64,000 nucleotides of DNA from Marsupella aquatica (lineage: Eukaryota; Plantae; Marchantiophyta). Where the stretch lies: assembly GCA_973895155.1 (NCBI GenBank), contig OZ316895.1:14636716-14700715 (forward strand), given 5' to 3'. Position 1 is the first letter of the stretch. Every line of letters starts with the position of its first letter. Positions 38,826 to 53,159 of the stretch are shown in pieces. The notes beneath the pieces were generated by a model. It had not been told where the DNA came from and did not search any database. It worked only from the letters and a program-made list of their open reading frames with translations. Made by a program: the position numbers and the translations under genes.

Positions 38826-41212
38826 TCAGGAAACGCTCTCTACCTCTGCCTCATCTGCCCTCATCGCATCGTCTCCTTTAGTCTGGTCTTCGCCTGTTTC
38901 CAAACAAACAAAATAAGTCAAGCACTCGGCTCTAACTCAACACGAATTCCAAGAGTGTTCAAACAAGTATACGCAATGAGAAACGACAGATATCAAGAGC
39001 AGAAACAACATCCTGCAAAGAATCTACTGCCGGAAGAAATATCCACAATCTCAAAACAAGCAACCTACGGACATTAAGAATGCAACAATAGAAGCTGATG
39101 CATACCGGCATCCTCCTGGAGATCGGAAGTCCACAAAGTGAGATTGTCCCTCAGAAGCTGCATGATCAAGGTACTGTCCTTGTACGATTCTTCACTCAAT
39201 GTATCGAGTTCCGCAATGGCCTCATCAAATGCTTGCTTGGCCAAGTGACAAGCCCTACAGATAAAGAACACATGAAATGTTACGGAGCTGCGGGCCTAAC
39301 ACGAGGGACGACATAACTCAAGATTAACAGACGAAATCAATACATTCAGTACTCAAATCCAAGAGTACTCACCGCTCAGGTGAGTTCAGAATTTCGTAAT
39401 AGAATACTGAGAAATTCAATGCCAGGCCGAGTCTGATGGGATGAGTTGGCGCCAAATCGGTAACGGCAGTGTTCGATGCGGCCTGACTCATGCGTAGGAG
39501 GAAATCGAAGTGAGATTTCAAGATGATAATTTCCTGTCATGGCTCCGTACCAATCATTGCATCACTTCTAGCTATGCCAACACCCGAAACGAATTAATCG
39601 GCGAATTCCTGACTCAAGAAAATGATACCTGGTAGGCTTTCAACGACTGATCTGCGGCATCCTTTCTCTCGTTTCCTGTCTTGAACTCTGCCAAGTACCG
39701 AAAGTAATCTCCCTTCCTGCAATACGCCAAGGGAATACGAACGAACCCTGACAGTGAGCAAAACACAAAGTGATGCGAGACTACGGCTAGCAAACGTGGA
39801 AAAAAATCGGAGAAAGGATGGCTAACTCTCTAAGCCGAGTCAGGTCATCCTGTACACAACGACACCAGTAACACCGATTCATACACAGATCAGAGCTTTT
39901 TGATGATGACATAGATTACATTTTGTAGTAGAAGACGGTCGACTCCCCGGTGCTGGATGAAGGAACGAGATGCTCGTCGATGATTGTAAGAATATCATTG
40001 CAGATCTTGGACAGCTCTTCCTCGACCTTGTGCCTGTAGTCCTTGATGCGCTTCACGTTCTGCTCGTTATTCTTGCTCTCTTCTTTTTGCTCGATGGAAG
40101 ACATGATTCTCCATGACGCACGGCGAGCACCGATGACATTCTTGTACCCGACGGATAGAAGATTTCTCTCTTCGACGGTCAACTCGACGTCTAGCTTTGC
40201 GACTTTCTTCATCGACTCGACCATTTCTACAATAATCAGGGTAGAATAAATCGTTTAGTCCAATCCCATCGAGTCCAGTACCAGAACCTCCGTAGAGGAA
40301 CCTCATTTATACGAACATTCGAAAACATAAACATAAAACGCCTACGCGACGCACCAAATATCTCTCCACTCACGACAAAACAAGTCCAGTCAAAGATTAA
40401 TTCCCGATGGTGGTAGCGAATGCACGAAGTATCAACAAGGCGCTCTTCGGATGCAGAAAACAGAGCAGAAATGCCTTCGAAGACAAAACAATCATTAAGT
40501 GCTACAACCAAGGGTTTTTAAGCCACCATCGAATCCCGATTACGACGAAACAGAAAGTCAGGCAAACAAGTCTAACTATCGGAGAAACGCGCATATCGTC
40601 CGAGCGAGGACGGCGACGCCGCAATCGAAGGGATACCTGCAGAAATCTCAAACGGGTCGACGCATTCCAGACATCGGCAAATCGCACAACTGTCCAGATA
40701 TAACCAAATGAGCAAAATCCCGCGCAACAAGACCTCAAAATCGGCCATGCATCATGCAATGCGGTGAAAGTGATCAAACGCCAATCGCTAAACACCATGA
40801 AGAATGCGAGTGGAGATAACCAAGGACCAGTTGCCCCTGATATACACGTCCTCCAAAATCGGACCACAAACCCGAGGTTCCCTGATAATCCCGCCAGATT
40901 TCTCGAACGCTTGAGAGCGAACAACAAGTCCATGGCAAGCCGGATGAACCAACCAACTCAAACAGATAGACCTAATCTAAAACATCCCCCCTTTTCCCCG
41001 CCTCCCCCCGCCCGTCCCCTGGTCCGCCACAAAAACACTGACACCACCTCGTATACCGCCCGGAAGCACACACAATTGACAGAACCAAAGCCACCCGTCG
41101 GACGGAAAACAACAACAACTAGAGGTTTCGAAACAATACCATCATATCGCTCGGCTTGCTCGGCAAGCTTCGCCATGTAAACATAGCTTTCCCTCTCTTT
41201 CTCGGTACTCAT
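38826..41212 (-). CDS. GRF: 14-3-3 protein; exons 41212-41140, 40226-39920, 39716-39629, 39482-39373, 39254-39106, 38893-38826
   Basis: [12 protein letters not shown]|[29 protein letters not shown]|[50 protein letters not shown]; all introns GT-AG; 795 nt in frame. Confidence 0.97.
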
Positions 41213-43898
41213 CTTGCCTCGCGGATCACCACGTACACCCTCGACACTCCAAAACTCTCAACGACGACACCTCAACAAACCGACCCTGCGCTTTCTCCCT
41301 GCCTCCCTCCCTCCTCCTCCTCCTCCTCTTCCTCTTCCTCCTCCCGGACAATACCGTGGCCTCCTCGAGCCTGTTTCGTTCGATACGAACGAGAACGATC
41401 TCCTCCTCCCTCTCCCAATGATCTCTTCCAGCACCCTCCTTCCTCCTCAGACCGACAACCCTTTCTCCTCTCCCACCCTCCTCTACGCCGTGGCAAAGCG
41501 ATTCCCAAGCCCCCTGCCGCTTTTACTTCCCGTCTGCCCCACCCGCCGTAGTGCTCCGCTCAGCATCCACCGTAACACAGCCGGCCGCGAACGAACAGCG
41601 GGAAACACCTACTCGCACGTTGTCGCGGAAGCCAAGCGACTAAGCGAGGCGAGGTCGCAATGCAATGCAATGCAATGCAATACAATGCGAAGAGGGACGG
41701 AGGAGAAAAGAAGAAGAGGATGTCTCAACGCCAAAGCTCAAATAGTAGTAGTAAAAGCAACGCCAGAGCGAGAGGAGAGAGACCAGAGAGAGTAGTGTAG
41801 AGACAGATCCTGGAAGCAATCTGGCTATGGCGTCCACGCAACAACGTGCTTAACGGCACAGTCCAAAACAATTTTGTCCGGAACTAGCGAATGCCAGCTA
41901 CGCCGTGAACATCTCCCCACGCGGCGTCGCGCGAGCGGCCAGACCGGTTTCACGCCGAGGCGGGTCCCGCCAAGGTTCTCCACCGAGCCCCATGTTCGGA
42001 ACTCAGGTAAGTTCCATCTGACGGATCACCGCTTCCAGGCTCTCTGACAGCTCGTTTCTTACGGCCAGATCTGGGAGTGGGCTTGCGCCACGGTTAGGTT
42101 CCGGGTTAAGGCGCTGAGATTTTCACCGTCCGATTTCTCATCGGTGCTGCGCTGCGGGGTTTCCTGGTTGGGGTGAAGTTACCTCAGGCTGCTCGGAGGT
42201 ACAAAGGGACACAGAAGCCGAGAGTGCCGGCTGACTTATCCAGTTTGGCAGTGGAAAACACTGATATGACAGCTTACTCAGGCTAATAAAGGAAAAGTGC
42301 GTACTCTATTACTACGGAGAACAGCTATAGGGTAAAGCGCTAAAAACCAATTGTTTCACTACCTCGAGTAATTTGTCTGACGGACCCAAACCAAGCTTTT
42401 CTCCCCAATCAACCCATGACTTGTAGTGTACCTTGATTTAAGGTCTATGAACGGTCTAGATCACTCAAGAGTCACATCAAGGAACAGTTTTCATTTAGGG
42501 TCCATTAAACATATACCAATACGGCTTGTCAAAATAGCTCCATAAGGTTGATCCAGCCAGGACATAGACATATGTTATGGCCAGGACATAACTCCCTCCG
42601 GCTACCTAAACAAATGTCCCATAAAATTTCATGTCCCAAAAAGTTTCAACAGTAAGACTGTTTTTATAGCTGTACTTTAACACACCCTAACCAAACCTAA
42701 TTTTGGGGGTCCATCAAGCATATACATGTATGACACCTCATACAATATGTGTCTTCCAAGTGCTCACAATATATAGTTGTCTTCCCTTCACAATGAGCCT
42801 GTGGCTTCAAGCTTGTTGCGGCTAATGGATCAACTTGCTCAAGATTTGTTTAGCTTTGAACCATGGCATGGAAAGTTCTAAACTCACTTGTGGATGAACC
42901 TATCTAGAAATCACCCGAGCATAGGCATATGTTAAATTAGTTGAGCTTAGACCAATGCTAAAGTTGGCAAAGTATGGACCCCTAAGATAGTGTGGATTTA
43001 GACTAAATATGTTTTTGCTTTCTTAAAAAAAACATTTTGGGATCCTCTGTGAGTTCCAAAGTTTCCATAGAGTTCACATTAAAGCTTATGAGTGTTTCTT
43101 GTGCATTAAAAGATTGTCAGAGAGCGCACCAAGGACAGTTCATTCTCTTTTTTCTAAACTTTGAAAAATGCTCATTATTATCACATTTACTAGAAGTTTT
43201 AGGGCACATTCCAATAGTAGAACAATATGTCTTACACAACTAATTCATAGCAAAAATACATGTTTTTGAGTAGGCAAAAAATAAAGCACGGATGGACTGG
43301 CAGGTTGGCTGTGAAGCCTGGATGGACTAGAATCTAAATGATTTGGATAGTAACTTTTCACAGTTTCAACTCAAATATGACCTCTAAACTGTCAATTGAC
43401 TGTTTGCAGGTTGTTTCATTGGGGGGTCTCAAAGCGTTGTTGTAACAAGTTACGAGTTGGCCATCAGGACTGAGTTATGGGAACAGCCATAAAAGTTGCC
43501 GGGAGGCCAAAATCGGCTTCTGTAAGAAAGTATCGCGGCCGCAGGCCAAACCGGTAACTTTAACTCTGAGACTTTGAATTTGCATCATCACAGCATAGAG
43601 TTATCAGAACATCCTGTCATGAAAACATTGCATCATCCAGGGACAGAAACTACATGTCAGACATTGTGTATTATTAGAATGCTATTGTGACCCCTTGTAA
43701 TAGACTTGAGCTTGTCCAACAAGGACAGGCCAAAAGCACTTACTCCGAGAGAGAGTACCCATAACCCATCCTTTATGGCAGGGGTCCAATGAATGCATAC
43801 CCACCCTGCAACCAATGGCCCATTATAAGGTCTGTTCATAACGTATTTTAGGGCACAACTGGTGTCCCATAACTTTTCCTTACGGCCCTGCTTTGAGG

Positions 43899-44164
43899 CC
43901 CGGGATCCTCACTTCCTTTCTTCTGACCCATCTGGTGCGAAGAGGTTATGGTTTTTTAATTCAATTGCGTGTAAACCTTTAGAATTTTTGTGGAAGAAAT
44001 ATAAGGGTGTTTCAATCCAATTTTGAGAATTATGAGAATCATATGTGTTTTTAATACCAAACATGTGAATATTCCTAGAACTTATTTTCTTAAGTTTTAG
44101 GGTGTTTATTGTTTGAAAACTCTGCGCATGATATGGGACCTCCCTTTGGAGTGAGGCCCCCGAG
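43899..44164. mobile_element. MITE of the same family (outer-type subfamily)
   Basis: cccgggatcctcact ... agtgaggcccccgag; flanks ctttgagg / ctttgaga. Confidence 0.75.
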
Positions 44165-47059
44165 CTTTGAGACACCCTATTCAATTGACTCTCTTGTAAG
44201 TTGTTTCTTATACCCTAACTACTTAGGGCCTTCACAAAATGAAAGTTTAGGATGTAATCATGTTTGTGTTCTTAAAAAATGGAGGATATGATACAAAATT
44301 CTCAACTTTTGGCACACAATACATCAACTACTATAATAATTGTGTAATGCTGCCAAAAACTTTATCATTTGCTCAAAAATTAGAAATAGAGGGAACAAAC
44401 CTTAGCCGTCAGATTTATGTGGAATCTTTGCTTGATTGACCAGGAGTGTCCAAAGATATATTTATTTTAGTAAATTACGTAGCATATGTGATGATTCTCA
44501 AGTTGCATCACCAAAACTTAGCACGCTTGGAGGAGAATCTTTTGGGGCATGAGAAACTTTTGGCCTTTTGCATAGAGTATGAGAATTTAGAAGGAAGAAA
44601 ACTGGGTTTATTTTGATTTGCACTCTTTTTTTCTCTTTATTTAATTGTGTATTTTTTCTCTTTACTCAGTTTTGGGGAAGGGAGAAAAAAGGGGGAAGAA
44701 GGGAGTCATAAGGGAGTGAATAAATGGTCAAGGAAGGAGGGAAGAAGTGTTCCCTCCCAAAAGCATTGGGCGACCACAATTTGACCCAACAAATCTTTGT
44801 CTCGCCCCAACATCTTTGCCTTGCCTTAATTAAGATCCTTTGTGCCTCATCTTTACCTTGCCTCAACATCATGTTTTGCCTCATCCTTTTCCTTTCCTCA
44901 TCTTTGAATTTTTTATAGGTTTCTTGATTCTCAGTGAAATTTGGCAATACTACTTTCATAGGAAAGATCTTTGCAACCCATTTCTAGGTAACATAAGAAA
45001 ATAAGGATATCAAGGGAGGTACTAAAATGTCAAAGCTAAAAACTAAAAAACTTTTCGAACCGATGAAATGAGGGCATCAAGGGATAGAGTGGTCCTTAGA
45101 AATTCACAACTCTTTCAATTAATCATGAAAAGTAGCTATATTAGATTTGCTGGAAAGACTTTCCCAAGCCGCTTCTAACAAGCACAAGAAGAGCCTATTT
45201 AGCTGGACAGCAAGGATGTATAGTTGACCCACCCTAGAATATAATTTGATTTTGTCTTGTATCATAGTTAAAGGACATCTACATACCTTAATGAGGTAAA
45301 TTGAATAGGCAATCATTCTTCAAAAGCAATAGAGAGAGTGACAAAGTTTATGGTTGCTAACTCAAGTCTCTTGGTTTAAAATAATAATTGTAGTTATTAA
45401 TAATGATGAAGTAATATTGATTGTAATGCACTAATATGAATCCTTGTACTGATAATCACTGAAGAAATTGGGCATTCTGAGCAAGTGAGGTGAATTCGCC
45501 ATACATCAATGTCAAAAAATATTTGAAGGTCAAACTTTGTTCTTAAAACACTTTTGGAGACCAAAGGATGTAAATGAGTAATGGTGTAAAAAGTGTCATG
45601 GTCCATTGCGTTTGCATGGGTCAAGGCGGGCTCAATCCATAGGAGCATCACTTTCACAAAATCAACACAATATAAAAGAATATTAAATTTAATTCCATAC
45701 TTTATTTTGGATGATATCAGACAAGAAGTGTGGAGTAAACCTGTAAGAAACTGTCAACTTAGACTAGAAAAATTGTGGAAGACGAGAGCATAATCACTCA
45801 ACAAGGCGCCACACCCACAAGACACCACCAGTGGAGAAACTCCTAAAGCATCCATAGCATATGAGAACACATGTGAAGAATGAGGGAGAGAATGTATTCC
45901 TCCAACCTATACCCCCCAAGGGGCTAGGGAGTGAAGGGCAGCCAACATACCACCAAATTCCAATGTTCAGTTTAAACATTCTGGAGCTTCAGGCATAGGT
46001 TAAAAATTAGAGCTTGATGCCAAAACAAGATTATGGAAGGACAATGTTGGCCTTGGAGGACTGTTGCTAGACCTTGGAGTGCATTGTGGAGGTCTTAGAG
46101 CAAGTTGTTTCTTTGTCATGGACATTCATTACTTTTCACTTTGCTAGCATTTGTTTAAATGCCCTTTATATCTTGTTCAAGATGATGATTGTTTCTAATC
46201 TATCCATGAGCAAAGAAGGAAGAAAATGAAACCACCAAGGGAAGCTTGGTGAAAAAAGAAAGTGTAAGGCTTGAGTTTTCATATCGAAGAGGTTTGTGTG
46301 TCTTGTATTGCCCTTCGTTATTTTTAGTGTTGTTTATAATTGCAAGTAAGAGTATTGCTGGTTGTGTAAACAAACGACTAGAATATAGTTTGTATTTATT
46401 TTACTATATCATTATCATAGAACCAAATACCTCTTGGTGTTGGCTGTACATGCCTGCTGGTATCTTGATTGTGTCGGCAGCTGTTTTTGAAACACATGCT
46501 GCACCATTAGTCCTATCCGGCGTACAGGTCATGAAAGTTCTCCAAACCTTTGTGTGATATACAACCTCTCTTGGTGAGGCCCCCGACTTTCAGCCAAATA
46601 GATCATATTTTTTCTCAACTTGTAGTTCCCCCAAAATTGCTATACTAGGACCTAAATTTTCAATAGTAAGTTCCCCCAATATTCAATAATTAGTTAAATC
46701 TAAAGTTATTTTCATTTTAGGTAAGGTTGCAGTTAGTCATAGAGTATAAAAGTATGCTTGCATTTTCTTCAAGCCAAATTGGAAATATTATTAGTGGACT
46801 CTATAATTCCTTTTGAGACAGTCATCAACTAAACCAAGCAAACATTCAAATATTGGTCCACCTTAATTCCTGTCAGGAAGCAAGGTTACCGGTGTGTAAC
46901 TTTTTCTACTAGGTGCCACCATTTCCATAATACTCTGCCCAGAAAATGTTCCCAGTAATCTTTGTCCGGACAGGTATTATGTATGATAATGACAATTTGG
47001 GTTGGGGTTAGTGAAACCTGTTCTCACAAAGCTCAGAAAAATTGTTCCCACAAAACTCA

Positions 47060-47540
47060 GAAAAATGTCCTCACTGCCGTTGTTCAGTATTTTCTCACTG
47101 CCGTTGTTCAATATTTTCTCACTTTCTGACCAGTATTTTCTCACTTTCTGACCCTCTCACTTTCTGGTCTCATTTTCTGACCAGTATTTTCTCACTTTCT
47201 GACCCTCTCACTTTGTGGTCAGAGGGTTAGAGACTAGTAACCCAATTACCCAAACCAAGCCATCATTACCCTATAAGTAGACTCGCGAGGGTAGACTGAA
47301 AGGAGTAATTCCATTTTGAGCGAACGTTCCCACATTCATTCGCGAGGGTACACTAAAAGGACTAATTACTTTTTGAGGGAACGTTCCTACTGTGTAGTTA
47401 GGCCATTGCCGTCTACCACGGGGATTGCACTTATCCATGGTTTACTGGAATTCAGTCTTGCGCGAACCCGAAAGTCCGTTGCCGTCTACCACGGATCTTG
47501 CACTTATCCGTGGTTTACTGGAATTCTGACTTGCTCGAAC
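47060..47540. repeat. Cluster of short tandem duplications upstream of NDUFA13
   Basis: tcactgccgttgttca x2, ttctgaccagtattttctcactttctgaccctctcacttt x2, tcgcgagggta.act..aagga x2, ttgccgtctaccacgg..tgcacttatcc.tggtttactggaattc x2. Confidence 0.85.
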
Positions 47541-48047
47541 CTGAAAGTCTCTACGGATGTGTACAGTGTGCGAGGTGAGTGAGAGCTCTGAGAAGCCGAG
47601 ACATTTTCTTTGTAAATCTCGATTCGAGAGAGAGAAATTAATGTAGTGCTGAGTGCTGAGTAGGTAGTGAAGTTGTGGAAGATTTCCATTGTACGGGAAA
47701 GGCGACATTTGCGAGCCTGAAGTCTATTGTAAGCTGAGGACAATTTCGGAACTTGCATCTCTCTGAAACAGCGAAGGTTGTTGAGAGGGTATGAGGAATC
47801 GATCGGACCAGGGACCATTTTGGTGATTCATCTGCTCGAAGGCAGAGTTGAGAGACAGTGCTACAGCATTATTTCGGAGACGAGTTTTTGAGTCGGTGGA
47901 CCAGTCTTTTGAACGGTGGAAGGACACATTGGAGAACTCCTGCCCTGGGGTGGAGGAACGAATTGACCTAGATCATCGCGGAGAGTGATTGGCCGAGGAG
48001 GAGGAGGTTCGTGGACGAATTGTTTGGTTTTGAGACAGCTTGCAGAG

Positions 48048-49404
48048 ATGACGGAAGCCACGATCCGAAATCAGAAGGGCATGGCCAGCGTGAAGGACAT
48101 GCCGATCTTGCAGGATGGGCCGCCCAAGGATGGATTTCCTGCCGTGCGGTATGCGCGGAGAATCCCTAATTCTGGACCTGGAGGTGTGGCCGTTTTCTTG
48201 GCTTCGTCTGTCATCATTGGCTTTGGATTTTATCAAGTCGGCCAGGGCAACCTCCATCGACGGTTGGTTTACTATACCTTGCTTGACTGATTGCTCCGTG
48301 ACTTGGATAGGAGTTTAAAAGTGAAATGACAGGGAAACATTTGGGGCTATGTTTGCTGAGAGTCCTCCTCGTTCAGCTGAAGCTTTGACTCACTCGAATA
48401 TGCTCACACGATTGAATGAACTAAATTGAGTGTGACATTTTCCTTTATGAAAGTTAGAAGCCCGATGGGGTTTGGGAGCTTCCTGAACTCATGAATGGCT
48501 GGCTAGGACCGCTAGGGTTTCCCTGACTTGGGGCTGTCTTCCGTTCATCACCGTTTTCATCTAGCTAGCAATGCCAGCATGAATGCAGTTTTATGGGTAA
48601 ATTTTACTGTAGCTCAAACAGCCTGCGAGCTTTTTTTAAACTAATGTCTCCTTTTGTCTGGTATGCTTCTGCAGTTCCTCGACTGTATTTAATCTGAATT
48701 AGTGAATGATTGAATTCGTCTCAACTAGGTGTTCTTTGAAGCTTTGAAAGTTGACTCATGAGCTGGAAAATGAGAAAGATTAAGAAAGTTGACTCATGAG
48801 CTGGAATGCAATACTCGTGGTTCACTCTCTGGAAGTCACGTTGCTTTACATCCAGACTTCATTTACGCAGTCTCTCTCGCAGATTGTTTTGATTCATTGT
48901 TTCTGTATCGAGAACATTTGGTTCGTCAGAAGTGTATGATTCCGTTGACAGAAGGTTTGACTGTTACTCTGATCTCGTCTCTCAGTGCCTTGAAGGATGA
49001 GAAAATCGCTGCTCGTGAGGCAATACTACCTCTGATTCAAGCAGAGGAAGATGCAACGTAAGCTCTTACTTCGTGCTTTGGTGGTTGCAGTAGAGCCCCT
49101 GCCAGTTGCATAGGTTTCCTGCTCAGAGTGTACACTTAATACAACTCTAACAGTACGGGATCTTCTATCGTTAGCATATACATTAAAAATTCTCCATTTC
49201 AGACAAATTTCTTTGACAAAACCTTTAATATGGATGTGTTGATTGATCTTGGTTTTCAGTTTTGTAAAAGCGGTACGAGCGCAATTGGAGGAGGAACAGA
49301 AGCTTATGGCGAACGTTCCTGGCTGGAAGGTTGGGGAGAATGTTTACCACTCTGGACGGTGGATGGCACCGTCAAACGGGAAAATGATGGTGGACCTGTC
49401 ATAG
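48048..49404 (+). CDS. NDUFA13: NADH dehydrogenase complex I subunit B16.6 / GRIM-19; exons 48048-48262, 48986-49057, 49260-49404 (143 aa)
   Basis: [39 protein letters not shown]|[33 protein letters not shown]; GT-AG introns, in frame. Confidence 0.96.
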
Positions 49405-51617
49405 TAGAGTGAAGGGAATCCAAGAAGGGCCCTGCACTACATCCCCTCCTGCTGTTGGAGAGGGGCTGTTGCTGGCCATTGACATCACTGAAGGGGATCT
49501 GCTATTTATTCAGGCTTCACTTAAAAAAAATTCATAGATTGTTGAAGGAATTCAAAGCTATCTCTTTACTGCACCTCCTGCCCCTGGTTGGAGAGGGCAG
49601 CAACTGATCATCTACATCACCAAGGAGGTATGCAATTATTGAGATTGAGTAGGAGAAACAGACAGTGGATGGATGGTTTGTGCTGAGAATACTTACCTTC
49701 TTCTGCTTCCGATGGTAGTTGCAATGATTGTTGGTCATCTCCCTGTGTTTATTCATTGAGTTGTTGATAACATTTTTGTCAGAATATCTCCAAATTGGCA
49801 GAAGTTGGCTATTCATGCAATGAATGTAAATAATTGGCTACTCTGTCTCCCTGTGTGGAGCGGGTTCTTAATTGCTAAGTTGATTTTTGGTAGAAACCAC
49901 TGTTTGTGAGCGTGGGAGACAAAAGGAGGGTGACAAGAGGATTGTTTTTCATTAATGTCTCTGGAAGAAACAGCACAGGATTGGCTTCTGTGAAGCGTAT
50001 AGTTAAGCAAAGTTCAGCGGATGGAAAACGAACACCAACTAAGACGTCCCAACTGACTGATTGCGAAAGTGCAAATGAATTGGCAAGTGGAAGGCATATG
50101 GATACGATGACCAAATGTATCTGAGTGAGTTGGGAGCGTTGATGATGTGGGAGTTGCAAAATACCATGACTAATCACCGCTCATCGTTTGTTATCACTGA
50201 TTCAATAACTGCTCAATTGCAGTAGTGTATTTGATAGTAAACAGCAATTCGTAGACATCTCACGAGACAAACTCTGCATAATGAAATTCTAACGAGGGCC
50301 TGAAGTGTCGTGTTCGAGTCTGTAAGGAGGGGGCTGAAGTAAACCGGACCCTACATGCTACGCTACTGTCGTTTGAAACTGTGAGTCGAATGGCAATTGT
50401 AACGAGCTGCAAACGAGGATGCTCTTTCAGTGCCATACAACCTCTCATCGGTGACCAATTGGTACTCCCGAAGGAAAAAAGGAAAGTTGCACGTAATATG
50501 TAACGCTGCGTTCGTTAGGTTTCTTGTGTGGTTGACTAAAGTGGCTGAATGGCGTAAATTACGACAGGGCAACTTTCACTGAAGCATTTCTTACTAAGTT
50601 AGGGATCAAGTGTTTCACTATATGGAGAAGCTGGATGCCATGGATTTTCTCAGCAGTATTTTAAGCTGCTCCTTCCCGGGTGGGAGGTCACGACTCAGGA
50701 CATAAATTTCTCCCTGATGAGTTACTGCAAACCTGAGTAAATTCGTTAAGACCTTGGCTTCGAATGGCCTCGTGCCTCTGAATTCTCGACCTGACGTAAC
50801 AGGGTCATGATGGCTGGAACTAATTTGTACTCTGTAAACAAGGATTTTTTTCAAGATGAGCTTAGTTTAAATTGAAATTCAGTCACGTTCTTCCAAAGCA
50901 GATATGATGGATTATTTCTAAACAAGGCATATGGGACACCGTGACTTTTTAGAGATCACGACAAGTATGGACGGCTCTGTCAGTGACAGGACCTGTGCTA
51001 TCACTTATCCACGAAGACTGGAAACTCCTCATCCTCAGGACTTATCTTCGCTGCTCACTTAAACCACAGCCGCGAATAAATCAGCTGCAGTTACCAGTAA
51101 CTTCCATTGGACATACTGTACAGTCATATGTAAAGTGTTTTGGGTAGTTTTGGTCATTTTCGTAAATGTTTTACCCTCATTGTCATCTTGTCTGTGGTCA
51201 ATCTACGATCAAAACTTAGATTTAGATAAGATCTAGAACTACTGAAAACGCATTCCAGAAATACTTCAGATTTGCTGAGAAATTTACAAAAAAACTACCA
51301 GGAGTGAACATTGACTGGGCAGGAGCCCTTTTGTACCGGCAGCTGTGATTTAAATGCTGGACAGAAAAAGATCATACTTCTTGTCTCCTCAACTACCTCT
51401 ATGGGCACTGTAACTACAACTACCCTTGCTGAATTCAAACCAGGACGAAAAGTTCAACATGTTACAGCATTAAATCTACATGACCTATCCTTGGTAACCA
51501 AAAGAGTGAGGCTGACCAGAGGTGGTCCGTGCAATAAGAAACACACCAAACAATTTCATGGCTAGCTACTTCGGTAATGGCTTACGTATTACTGCCACTG
51601 ACACCCACGGATTAGCC

Positions 51618-53159
51618 TCATGCCCTTTTGACAAAAACTTCCACTATATCTTCATCCTCCAACTCAAGATCATTCGGGCTTTTGTTCGCATCAAGTTGCT
51701 GTCCGTCGAAGCGAAAGACGAAATCTGTCTTGGGACGCTTTTGAACGTTGGTCGCGTAGTGAGTGAACAATTTGTCGAGCTTCTCGTCCTGCAAAAATAC
51801 GGCAGACTACTTCATTAGTACCAATTGCACAGGACAGGACTGCGAAATCGAAACCAACAAAATTGGACTGCTGAGGAGCGAAGGGTGTGCCTCAGCCGAC
51901 GGTCAAAACAGACGCAAGCGTACCACAAAGATGCGGACCCCGTGACTTTCCCCAGACTCTCCTTGCAGCTTCAGGAGAATCTTCTGCCTCTTATTGTTGG
52001 GTGTCTCTTCATAGGTGCCACTATTACGTTTGCCACCCTCTAGTTGCTGTGGAGAGGCAGCTTCAGTGACCCGTGCTTCCAGCCTCGAAGCTTCCTCAAC
52101 GTTTCTCACCGAAGCTTGCCATATGTTTTCGAGTTCGAGTTTCTGTTGCCTGATAAGACAATCACCGCTTACGACATCAAAGGGCGGGAACAGAAAAATG
52201 ATGAACGTGCTAGCTACACTAATGCAGTTAATGCAGACAATACTATACACCAATGCAGTTGGTAGCAGATGCCATGCTAAAGTGCATAATTATGCACCTG
52301 ATTTTTAGGAGAGCTGGATCTACAGAAATCGGCCGGGGAGCCAATGGTTGGGGAGGCGGAGGCAGCAGCCAGTCATCATCATTAACCACCTTAACTGCGT
52401 CATCACACTTCCCGAGATTTTCCTTGCCGAGATTTTCCTTGCCAACCTCGGACTCTGCACTCTTCACAGGACGTGCTGAAGTATTCGGTTTTGAATGAAT
52501 CACGATTTCAACATCTTCGTCATCGTCTGCTTGTCATCACAAGAATAAATCCCACAGATCATCCAGCCATATCCGGAAGTCACGGTGAGTGAACCCACGG
52601 AGGATCCACACATAGGCAAAAAGTCAATCTCCAAAAGTCTACAACAGAAGCTACAAACATCAACAATTTGCACGAAGACACAAAGTGAGGGGATGATAAT
52701 CAACCGTCCAGAGATATTATTCGTTGCGGTCGGACTCTCGAGTAGTCGAATAATGCATCGAGTCTAATATCTGCCTGTGACTGAGTCATATCACCAAACG
52801 AGAGAAATCCTCATGTCAATAATTATAGGAAGAAGGCAAACATGTCCATTCTCAGAAAGCAAGAAAACTCGAGAACGGATCGAAACCTCGACAGTAGACT
52901 GGAATTTACAAAGCTAAGCTGAAATCCTAAAACAAGGGGAAAGAGTGCAAGAATGTCGGATTGGAAGGCTTGTCCGGACGAGAAGCGGGCAAATGCAAAT
53001 CTAAATCCCACCGACAGTAGTTATCATTCTAACGAATTGCTAGTATGCAGACAACTTGCCGCAGGTCAAGTAATGCCGCTTTGACCCTAACGGAAGATCG
53101 AGCAACGTCTTCGGAGCCAGAGAGGGAGGACTTACGAACTTCCTTGAAGCGCTTGTCAT
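51618..53159 (-). CDS. Rad60/Esc2/NIP45-type SUMO-like-domain (SLD) protein; exons 53159-53136, 52774-52705, 52526-52298, 52149-51924, 51788-51618 (239 aa)
   Basis: LDALFDYSRVRP, DDDWLLPPPP and C-terminal SLD KILLKLQ..RIFV|DEKLDKLF..FVFRFDGQQL..SPNDLELEDEDIVEV without a di-Gly; 720 nt in frame; first exon is the least certain. Confidence 0.88.

Noticed and set aside
40236-41837. Several 70-190 aa ORFs around 14-3-3 exon 1
   Set aside because: They fall in intron 1 and the GC/CT-rich 5' region and are low complexity.
11872-53159. Functional SUMO/chromatin gene cluster (poly-SIM, MBD, SLD)
   Set aside because: Genes are tens of kb apart and interleaved with unrelated housekeeping genes; coincidence cannot be excluded without synteny data.
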